Shown here in pieces: positions 36,848 through 45,500 of a stretch of 64,000 nt of DNA. The notes under the pieces were generated by a model that saw nothing but the letters and a program-made list of their open reading frames with translations, was not told the DNA's origin and made no database searches. Every line of letters begins with the position of its first letter. Position 1 is the first letter of the stretch. This stretch comes from an uncultured Clostridia bacterium (GTDB taxonomy: Bacteria; Bacillota; Clostridia; Christensenellales; UBA1242): NCBI GenBank assembly GCA_944362545.1, contig CALVTJ010000001.1:128500-192499 (forward strand), in the 5' to 3' direction. Made by a program: the position numbers and the translations under genes.

Positions 36848-38122
36848 ATGAAACTGACTGCCGAAGAAAAAGCCATTCTTGAAGGCAAAGAAGGTCAAAC
36901 CAAAGCCAAAATCATGAAAACTTTGGTGGAGTTTGGTGAACTTTTTGGAGCAAAGAGATTTGTTCCGGTCACGCACGATGGTCACCTTGTCACATCTTTT
37001 GGGATCGGACTTTTGAAACCTGTTTACAGAATTATGGATGAAATCATTGATGCGGGTTTGAAAACGGACTATCCTTTCACGGTTGACCCACGCCCAATTG
37101 ACTACAAAAATGTCAAGTGCGGAGTTTTGGATAAACTGATTTTCAGCAAAATTATGTATTCAAAACAAAAACATTATGAAGAACAACTTTCCAAAATCGG
37201 ACTCAAAAGCAAAGATTCTTTCACTTGCACTTGTTATTTAAAAGAAGTTGGAAACACTCCAAAATATGGAGACATTTTGTCATGGGCAGAGAGTAGTGCA
37301 GTGGTGTTTGCAAATTCTGTGCTTGGCGCAAGATGCAACCGCAACAGCGGGATGCTTGACATCTTTGGATCAATTTTGGGGAAGGTTCCAGAATTTGGAC
37401 TTTTGACCGATGAAGGAAGAAAGGCAGATTGGATTATTGAAGTAAAAACCTCATCTTTGCCAGAAGCACAGATTTTGGGCAGTGCCATAGGCATGAAAGT
37501 TATGGAAGATGTGCCATATGTTGTCGGTCTTGACAAGTTTTTGGGCAGGACCTTGGATGATAAGACAATCTCCTATCTCAAAGATTTTGGAGCAGCCACC
37601 GCTTCAAATGGTGCGGTTGGACTTTATCACATCGACCACTTGACACCAGAGGCAAAGAAACTTGGGAAGAAAAATCTTGTCAAAGAAAATGCCAAAGTTT
37701 ATGTCATTGATGATGCTGAACTTGAAAGAGTTTACAAGAGTTATCCTGTTATGTGGAAGGACAAAGATGCTAAACCAACATTGTGCTTTATTGGATGTCC
37801 ACATCTTTCATTTGAACAACTCATTGAATGGACAGAAAAGATTGAAAATGCACTCAAACAGAGTGGAAAGAAAAAGGTTGTTATACGCACAATCATGACA
37901 AGTGCGCCAAAGGTTTTGGAAAAATTTAAGACCACACCAGAATATAAAAAACTCAAAGATTTTGGCATCAACTTCGCTTCAATTTGTCCGCTTATGTATA
38001 CCAACAACCCAATCGCCGGCGGAAAACCAATCATAACAAATTCAAATAAACTTCGAACATATTCAAAGTCGAGATATTACAAAGATGATGACATTGTGAA
38101 AATTATTTGTGGGGTGAAATAA
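36848..38122 (+). CDS. aconitase X catalytic (large) subunit, DUF521 family
   Basis: The N-terminus MKLTAEEKAILEGKEGQTKAKIMKTLVEFGELFGAKRFVPVTHDGHL matches the DUF521/AcnX pattern. The gene is paired with a DUF126 gene 2 nt downstream. A strong SD sequence, AGGAGGAAG, precedes it. Confidence 0.7.
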   Translation: MKLTAEEKAILEGKEGQTKAKIMKTLVEFGELFGAKRFVPVTHDGHLVTSFGIGLLKPVYRIMDEIIDAGLKTDYPFTVDPRPIDYKNVKCGVLDKLIFSKIMYSKQKHYEEQLSKIGLKSKDSFTCTCYLKEVGNTPKYGDILSWAESSAVVFANSVLGARCNRNSGMLDIFGSILGKVPEFGLLTDEGRKADWIIEVKTSSLPEAQILGSAIGMKVMEDVPYVVGLDKFLGRTLDDKTISYLKDFGAATASNGAVGLYHIDHLTPEAKKLGKKNLVKENAKVYVIDDAELERVYKSYPVMWKDKDAKPTLCFIGCPHLSFEQLIEWTEKIENALKQSGKKKVVIRTIMTSAPKVLEKFKTTPEYKKLKDFGINFASICPLMYTNNPIAGGKPIITNSNKLRTYSKSRYYKDDDIVKIICGVK

Positions 38123-38124
38123 TT

Positions 38125-38598
38125 ATGGCAAAGAAAGAGAAAACAGTTTTTAAAGGCAGAGTGATTTGTTCAGGAACTTATGAAGGAGAATGCGTGGTTT
38201 CAAGACAGGGATTGAACACTCTTGCCACCTTTCAAAAATCAGCACTTATGAACAAGAAAAAGGTCATTGGTTCAGACCAAAACAATCCAGATGTCTATGG
38301 GAAAAATTTGACAGGAGTGGCTTTGATTTTGCCACAGACAATCGGCTCAACCACGGGCGGACTTGTCATCCAAACAATCTGCCAAATGGGAATAAATCCT
38401 GCTGCACTTTTGTTCAGCGAAGAGATTGACTCTCTGGCTGCGAGTGGAGTGATTTTGGCAAAGAATTGGGAAAACTCAAAAATCATTGCCATTGACAAAC
38501 TTGGCAAAGACATTTTGACCGCCATTAAAACTGGTGATAAAATCTCTGTTTCGGTGGATGGAACAGTCACACTTTTGCAGAAAAAGGAAGAAAAATAA
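38125..38598 (+). CDS. aconitase X swivel (small) subunit, DUF126 family
   Basis: GRVICSGTYEGECVV...GKNLTGVALILPQTIGSTTGGLVI...GINPAALLF is typical of DUF126. The start is trimmed to ATG 38125. Confidence 0.7.
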   Translation: MAKKEKTVFKGRVICSGTYEGECVVSRQGLNTLATFQKSALMNKKKVIGSDQNNPDVYGKNLTGVALILPQTIGSTTGGLVIQTICQMGINPAALLFSEEIDSLAASGVILAKNWENSKIIAIDKLGKDILTAIKTGDKISVSVDGTVTLLQKKEEK

Positions 38599-38625
38599 TC
38601 TTTTTAACAATATTATTTTTGACAG

Positions 38626-38656
38626 AAAAATCAGGCAAAACTCGCCTGATTTTTTG
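38626..38656 (+). terminator. intrinsic terminator after the acnX pair
   Basis: aaaaatcaggc aaaactc gcctgatttttt. Confidence 0.65.
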
Positions 38657-38759
38657 TTTGGTTTTGATGACAATTTATAGTTTGGAAAACATTTAAAATG
38701 TTTCGACAAAATTTAAAAACATTAGAAAAAATTTAGCAAAATAAATTTAAAATTTTGTA

Positions 38760-38788
38760 TTGCAAAGTGCTTTTTATGGTGCTATAAT
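38760..38788 (+). promoter_or_regulatory. extended -10 promoter of the Spo0A_C-like gene
   Basis: TTGCAA (38760-38765), a 17-nt spacer ending in TGc, and TATAAT (38783-38788). This leaves a leader of about 157 nt. Confidence 0.55.
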
Positions 38789-38951
38789 TTCGATGTGTTT
38801 CTTCAAAAATCGATATAGATTCCTTTGAGAGAAGAGCATGAATTTTGACCTAGTTCTATAAGACAGGCAAATGGTTTTCAACTTTTTTGTCAAAAAAAGT
38901 TTTTTTATTACCTTTTTGTAGGATGAAAGTCTTAAAAGGAGGATAAACAAA

Positions 38952-39341
38952 ATGGACGAAAAAGAGTTGGCAAACATGAGAAGAATTATCAAACTTACAT
39001 TGATTCGTATTGGAATTAGATGTGATTTGATTGGATTCAGTTATCTGTGTTTTGCCATAGAGTTGGTAGTTCAAAACCCTAAACTGATTCATAACTTGTG
39101 CAAAGGACTCTATATTGAAGTTGGCAAAAAGTTTGATGCGGGGAAGGAAAGTTGTGTTGAAAGAAGCATTAGACACGCCATTGAAAACACCTACATAAAC
39201 AAGAGTTTCGCAGAGTTAAACAAGATGTTTAACACTCAGCTTTACACCATAAATGACAAGCCTACGGCTGGCGAACTTATTCGTTTGGTAGCAGAATATT
39301 ATAGTCTGGGTTTATACAAAGACAGCCTTGTTGTGTCTTAG
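38952..39341 (+). CDS. stand-alone Spo0A C-terminal (DNA-binding) domain-like protein with no receiver domain
   Basis: GIRCDLIGFSYLCFAIELVVQNPKLIHNLCKGLYIEVGKKFDAGKESCVERSIRHAIENTY...KPTAGELIRLVAEYY parallels the Spo0A_C signature (G.P.HLKGY.YL..AI......I.K.LY..IA.KF.TT.SRVERAIRHAIE.AW...KPTNSEFIA). The protein is only 129 aa. The SD sequence is AAGGAGGA. Confidence 0.7.
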   Translation: MDEKELANMRRIIKLTLIRIGIRCDLIGFSYLCFAIELVVQNPKLIHNLCKGLYIEVGKKFDAGKESCVERSIRHAIENTYINKSFAELNKMFNTQLYTINDKPTAGELIRLVAEYYSLGLYKDSLVVS

Positions 39342-39344
39342 CTT

Positions 39345-39376
39345 GAGAGAACATTGAGAAGATGTTCTCTTTTTTA
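39345..39376 (+). terminator. intrinsic terminator
   Basis: gagagaacat tgagaag atgttctctttttt. Confidence 0.65.
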
Positions 39377-39461
39377 TTAAAAAACACAACCTAAAGAATT
39401 GTCCTTGATGGTTGTGTTTTGTGAAAAAATTGTCAAACAAGAAAAATATATGACTTTGTTA

Positions 39462-40229
39462 TCAAAGTTGTTTTCCTTTGATTCTGGTAGGCTCTAGCAT
39501 CTTGTTTGTTGAAAAAACTTTGTGAAGAAAGACAAAATCTTTCTGTGAAAGTTTGATAGTTTTAAATGCGTGTCTTGCAAGGCGAAAATGAATTTGTGAC
39601 AATAAATTTGTCACTTTTGCCATACGGTAGCAAAGCTTGTTTTTTATCATCGGTGTAAGATAATCATTTTGTGGTTTTCGATTGTTTTGTTTGTGATATT
39701 GTGCTCCAATGTAAAATTTCATATTTTTGTCCACAACCTTACCACGTTCTTTCATTCGACGAAGAGTGTCATTTTGTCCCTTTTCTTTTCTAAACACAAG
39801 AGTGGAAACACCATCTGTGTAGGTGCTTAAGCAATCAAGTGTGGCAGTTTTGCAACCTTTTTCCTTTCCATAACTTTCTACATATGCAAGAAGTTCCTTG
39901 CCAATGCCAAGCCCCTGAAATTCAGGATGCACTTTTATATAACTTATGTGTATATTTTTGCTTCTTTTTGATATGTCAAATTCGACAAAGCCAATTTCTT
40001 TTGGATGGAAAGAGACAAAAGTGTTGCCATTTTTTTGTTTGTATTCTTGATATAAAAAAGTCTCGGCAATAACCTTGTGTTTATTGTTGCGCATAACAAA
40101 AAGTTGCTTGTTGTTGGTTTGTCCAATACCATAGAATTCTCTTTCCGATACGGTGAGGGAGTTTTCATAATCTGTGACCTTGTCTACTAGACTTAATGAA
40201 ATAACTGCTCCGCCTACAAAATATGTCAT
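39462..40229 (-). CDS. GNAT-family N-acetyltransferase with extra N- and C-terminal regions
   Basis: GNAT motif A is present: IKVHPEFQGLGIGKELLAYVESYGKEKG. The start is trimmed to an ATG preceded by GGAGGTGA. The C-terminal ~70 aa are basic and unassigned. Confidence 0.6.
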   Translation of the reverse strand: MTYFVGGAVISLSLVDKVTDYENSLTVSEREFYGIGQTNNKQLFVMRNNKHKVIAETFLYQEYKQKNGNTFVSFHPKEIGFVEFDISKRSKNIHISYIKVHPEFQGLGIGKELLAYVESYGKEKGCKTATLDCLSTYTDGVSTLVFRKEKGQNDTLRRMKERGKVVDKNMKFYIGAQYHKQNNRKPQNDYLTPMIKNKLCYRMAKVTNLLSQIHFRLARHAFKTIKLSQKDFVFLHKVFSTNKMLEPTRIKGKQL

Positions 40230-40345
40230 TTTGTCACCTCCATAATAAGTTTTTTTGAGTATAGCATAAAACAAAAAAAATGCAAGAGTAAAACAAAAAA
40301 TGCCCAAAAAATTTGAGCATTTTTATATTAAAAATTAAGTTAGAA

Positions 40346-42403
40346 TTACAATTTTTCGGCAACATCCCATGCACGCCAAATAACTGTGCGAAGATTTCCA
40401 ACTTTGAGAGCATCTCCCACAACATGAACATGTTTGCTTTCTTTTGAAAGTGGAGCAGGATTGTAGCCTATTGCTGTGATAACAGTGTCAGCCTTGAGAG
40501 TGTGAGTTTCTCCGTTTTTGTCTTTGACAATCACGCTGTCAGGAGTGATTTTTGTGACAGCACTTTCAAGATATACCGGCACTTTTTTGAGTTTGAAGTA
40601 GTCACGCAAATATGAGGAGTTTGCAAGACAGAGTCCAGCCGTTGCCATAAGGTCATTTTTCGCTTCAACAATGACAGGTTTCTTTCCTTGCAAGAAAAGA
40701 TCATAAGCGATTTCGCATCCGGTAAGGCCTCCACCGATGATAACCACATTTTCTTTTGCTTTGGAATTGTCAAGGAGATAGTCGATGGCATCCAAGCATC
40801 TTTCACTTCCTTCCACCTTGAGTTTTCTTGCAGATGAACCTGTGGCAATGACAATTTCATCGGCATCAAGGGCTTTAAGGTCGGTGATTTCTGTGTTGAG
40901 TTTTATATCAATTTTCAGTTGTTCCATTTGGCGAAGATACCAAGCAATAAGTTGTTTATCCTTCTCTTTGAAAGATGGAGCAGAAGCTGGCACAAACACA
41001 CCACCTAAATGATTTGATTTTTCATAAATGGTTGCTTTGTGTCCGCGAATTGTGGCAACTCTTGCCACTTCCATTCCGCCAATTCCGCCACCGATGATGG
41101 CAATCTTTTTAGATTTTTTAGCAGGTTTTAAATCGTGTTTGCCATTGTCCATGGTCTGTGGATTTAATGCACAGCGAGCCATGTGTGCAGAATCTTGCAT
41201 TGGAACATCGCAAGCCACGCCTTTGTAGTGAGCCATTGGGAAACATCCATTGTGACAGCAAATGCAAGGCATGATGTCTTCAAGTCTGTCCTCTTCAAGT
41301 TTTGTCACCCAATGTGGATCTGTCAAAAATTGTCTTGCTACACCCATTGCATCAATGTTTCCGCTTTTGATGGATTTTGCAGCAACATCCGCTTCCATTC
41401 TTCCAGCGCACACAACCGGAATATCGACAAATTTTTTGATATGAGCAACATCTTCAAGGTTGCAGTTTTGTGGCATATATTCTGGTGGATGTGGCCAATA
41501 CCAAGCATCATAAGTTCCGTTGTCGCAGTTGAGCATGTCATAACCAGCATCTTGAAGATATTTTGCTGCCTTTTCGCTCTCTTGCATTGTTCTGCCAACT
41601 TCAACATAATCTTTTTCGCCCGGCAAAGCACCTTGACCAAAGCCTTTGGTCTTGCTTACTACTGAATAGCGAAGTGAAACAGGGAAATCTTTTCCACATT
41701 CTGCTTTGATGGCCTTGACAATCTCCACAGGATAGCGATAACGATTTTCAAAACTGCCACCATATTCATCCTTTCTGTGATTTGTGTAAGGCATGGTGAA
41801 TTGGTCAAGAAGATAACCTTCATGAACAGCGTGGATTTCCACACCATCTACTCCAGCTTCTTTGAGCATTTTTGAAATCTTTGCAAATGCCTTTATGCTC
41901 TTTTTGATTTCTTTGACTGTGAATTGTCTGCACTTGAAACCTTCAAGCCAGCGAGAAGGAAGTTCACTTGGAGATGCGCACAGTCTGTCAATGTCAATAA
42001 TAGGTTTGAGAAGTCCTCTCATAAATTTGTGCTTGACAATGCCCGCCATGGAATTTGGAATGGTAAATGACCTTCCAAAACCTGCAGTCAACTGCACAAA
42101 CAGTTTTGCCCCTGTTTTGTGGAGTTCTTCCATATAAGGTTTGAGTTTTTTGAAAGCTCCTTTTGCTTTGTAAAGCCAACGATTGCCAATCATGTTTCTT
42201 ATTGGTGCAATGCCAGGGATGATAAGTCCAACATCATGTTTTGCCAAATCCATAAAGAAGTCAGCTGCATCTTTGTCAAAGTGATGTGGTTCCATCCAGC
42301 CAAAGAGAGATGTTCCGCCCATCGGACAGAGAACAATTCTGTTTTTGATTTCACAATTTCCTATCTTCCAAGGTGTGAAAAGTGGTTCGTAAACTTTTTT
42401 CAT
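40346..42403 (-). CDS. OYE-family FMN oxidoreductase fused to an FAD/NAD(P)-binding domain (2-enoate reductase / 2,4-dienoyl-CoA reductase-like)
   Basis: The N-terminus FTPWKIGNCEIKNRIVLCPMGG and HAVHEGYLLDQF are OYE-like. CICCHNGC...C is a Fe-S cluster motif. The nucleotide-binding motifs are IAIIGGGIGGME and VVIIGGGLTGCE. The SD sequence is GAGGAGG. Confidence 0.8.
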   Translation of the reverse strand: MKKVYEPLFTPWKIGNCEIKNRIVLCPMGGTSLFGWMEPHHFDKDAADFFMDLAKHDVGLIIPGIAPIRNMIGNRWLYKAKGAFKKLKPYMEELHKTGAKLFVQLTAGFGRSFTIPNSMAGIVKHKFMRGLLKPIIDIDRLCASPSELPSRWLEGFKCRQFTVKEIKKSIKAFAKISKMLKEAGVDGVEIHAVHEGYLLDQFTMPYTNHRKDEYGGSFENRYRYPVEIVKAIKAECGKDFPVSLRYSVVSKTKGFGQGALPGEKDYVEVGRTMQESEKAAKYLQDAGYDMLNCDNGTYDAWYWPHPPEYMPQNCNLEDVAHIKKFVDIPVVCAGRMEADVAAKSIKSGNIDAMGVARQFLTDPHWVTKLEEDRLEDIMPCICCHNGCFPMAHYKGVACDVPMQDSAHMARCALNPQTMDNGKHDLKPAKKSKKIAIIGGGIGGMEVARVATIRGHKATIYEKSNHLGGVFVPASAPSFKEKDKQLIAWYLRQMEQLKIDIKLNTEITDLKALDADEIVIATGSSARKLKVEGSERCLDAIDYLLDNSKAKENVVIIGGGLTGCEIAYDLFLQGKKPVIVEAKNDLMATAGLCLANSSYLRDYFKLKKVPVYLESAVTKITPDSVIVKDKNGETHTLKADTVITAIGYNPAPLSKESKHVHVVGDALKVGNLRTVIWRAWDVAEKL

Positions 42404-42569
42404 TTTTCCTCCTCATGTTTTACAAATTGTTTCTAAATTTATTATAACACAAACAAAAAAATTTCCTAATTATTTTCAAACAAAAAATAATTTTTTTATC
42501 TTTCATATTCTTGTAAAAAAACAGATAATTTGTTAAAATAAAAATTGAAGAAAAAAGGAAAAGAAAGTT

Positions 42570-45500
42570 ATGGCATCAATATATAAGTATTACAAAGAAC
42601 GACTAATTGAAATCAGTGGAAAAAACAGGAGTCTTTATTCAAAGAATATTAGCAAAAAATATTCCTATGACATCGGCGAAATCATAGGAAAGGATAGCGA
42701 TGAGATTGATGAGTTTTTGTCTTTTTTATGGAAAGGGAAAAGAACAAGTTATGCACTCATCAAAAAGGAAAATAAAGAAAAACTCTACCAAACTTTTGAT
42801 CTTGAAGGAAGGATAAAAAACTCTTTCAACGACACCTCAAACATGTCTGCTGAAGACAAGAGAAATGAAAATTTGCGTCGTGAAAGACTGAAGAGAGAAG
42901 AAGGTAAGAAGATTATCTCTTCACAGGTTTCGGCTCTGAAAACTTTGAAGAGAGAGATTGAAGAATTTGCCAAGGAAACAGGAAGATATGAACTTTTCAT
43001 TGGTTATCCTTTTGTGACAGGGATTTTGAACAGAGATGTCACAGTCAAAGCTCCACTCATTCTGTTTCCTGTGGTCATCAACATTGAAAGCGACACCACA
43101 GTTTCAGTGTCACTCAAAACCGATGAACTTGTGCAATTCAACAAAGTGCTTTTGCTCGCTTATGCCAAAGAACATCGACTAAATTATGATGGCATGATGA
43201 TGGAATTTGACAACTTGATGGACTACAAACTTAAAAATATCAACGATGTTTTGGATTATCTGTCGGCATATGGTTTTAAGTTTGAACTTGGCAGTCGTTT
43301 TGACAAAGGTTTTGTCAAGTTTGCCGATTTGAAAGAAACAAACTTCAGATTTGGAGAATTGAAAGTCTCAAACGCCTGCGTGATTGGTCGTTTTCCACTT
43401 GCAAATGCCATTTACAATGACTATTCTTTGTTGGAAAAGCGCCATCTTTCTTCCATGGCAATTGAACAACTTTTGCAAGGAAAAGACGCCAAGAAAAACA
43501 AAAAGTTTGACACAAGACTTTACACCATAAACGACTTGGATTATGCTCAAGAAAACGCCATTGAAAAACTCAACGAATTTGGAAATATGGTCATCTATGG
43601 ACCGCCGGGAACAGGAAAAAGCCAAACTATTGTAAACATCATCTCCGATGCTCTTTGCAAAAACAAGAGAGTGCTTGTCGTATCGCAAAAGAAGGCTGCA
43701 CTTGATGTCGTTTTCAATCGTTTACAAAACTTGAACTCAAAATGTATGTTCATCACGGATGCGGAAAAGAACAAGATTGCTTTTTATGAAAGATGCAACC
43801 AAATGCACCAAGCGGTTTTAAACGGTGGAAAGAGTGAAGAGAACTATCAATCTTTTGATGAAGTGGAAGCAAATATTGCAAAGGAAGTTAAAGAACTTGA
43901 AATTATCTCTAACACCCTTTTCACAAAGACACCGTTTGGACTTTCACTGCAAGAGATGTATACAAACTCGGCAAAGATTGGTAAACACAGTTCGGACTAT
44001 GAACTTTACAAACTCATGCTCAAAAACAAGAATTTGATGGCAATGAATTACAAAACATTGTCATCCACTTTGCGTCTTATAAAAGAGAAACATAAGCACC
44101 AACTCTACTATCGCTACATACAACTCAAGAAAGCCAATCCGCTTGTAGACCACATAAAACCAAACGTGGAGATTCATGTTATCAATCAAATGAAGACATA
44201 TCTTCGCGAAGTGATTCAAAGAAACATTGTGCCATTTGACACAGCAAAACACCAACATGCCCGCCAACTTTTGATTTACATGACCGAAAACAATGTTGAA
44301 GATGCCAAACAAATGAAACCACTTATCAAGATGATTGCCACAGTGGAAAACAAAAAACTCTATGAAAGTTTGAAATGGTCAAAAGTGGCATTTGTGGCTT
44401 ATCCTTTTGTTAAACAGCAAACAAACAAGAAAGAAAAAGAGATTGAAGAAAAACTTCAAGACACAATGAGTGAAATCAAAAATTATATTTCTCAATACTC
44501 TTTGCTTGACAAAGTGCTTGACCAAAAGGGTTATTTGATGGCAATGGATAACATCATCAATGGAAATTCCATCTTTTTGAAAATGCTTTTGAATGCACTT
44601 GGAGATTACATTGAAATTCGTGACATAAATGTTGCTCTACAAGGACTGACAGATGAAGAACGCGTGGTTTTGAATTTTGCCTATGAAAACACAAAAAGCG
44701 CAAAGCAATATCGTGATGTCATAGACAAACTGTTGCAGATAAGAGTTTATCATGAAGCAATAAAATATGAAGAAGAAAACAAAGAAAAACTTTCCAAGAT
44801 TTTGGATTTCGAAAATGTGAGAAATCGTATTTTGTCACTCAAAAAAGAAGAGAAAGAAATCTCTCGAAACATCTGTTTGGCAAAATTTAAGGATGATTAT
44901 ATAGAACATTATACAACAAGTTCGGAAAGCAAAAATTATCTCTATCAAATCAGCAAACAACAAGGGCTTCTGCCGATAAGAAAAATGCTCGACCTTTACA
45001 GTGATTTTTTGCTTAAACTGTTTCCATGTTGGCTTTTGTCGCCAGAGAGTGTTTCGACAATCTTTCCACTCAAAAAAGAGATGTTTGATTTGATTTTGTT
45101 TGATGAAGCAAGTCAGGTATTTATTGAAAACACACTGCCAACAATTTATCGTGGAAAGCATATTGTGGTTGCCGGAGACTCCAAACAACTTCGTCCAACT
45201 GCCACCTTTGTCAAGAGATATTTGGGCAATGACAGCGATGAAGAGATGGACCTTGCCACACAGGCAGCACTTGAAGTGGAAAGCCTTTTGGATCTTGCAA
45301 CGTCAAGATTTAACAGCACAAACTTGACATATCACTATCGCAGCAGAAATGAAGAACTCATTGACTTTTCAAACTATGCTTTCTATGATGGAAAACTTCA
45401 AATTGCGCCAAATGTCACCAAGAACATCGGAAACAAACCAATTGAAAGAATCAAAGTCAATGGCAAGTGGCTTGGCAGAAGAAATGATGAAGAAGCAAAT

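Noticed and set aside
38702-38708. Perfect Spo0A '0A box' (TTCGACA, the reverse complement of TGTCGAA) about 55 nt upstream of the orphan Spo0A_C gene promoter; another sits just downstream of the giant gene's -10 element (13635-13641).
   Set aside because: The same 7-mer occurs many times in the window inside ordinary coding sequence (for example near 10333, 17333, 30737, 32737, 47403 and 50653). A single hit is therefore expected by chance and is not evidence of regulation without binding data.
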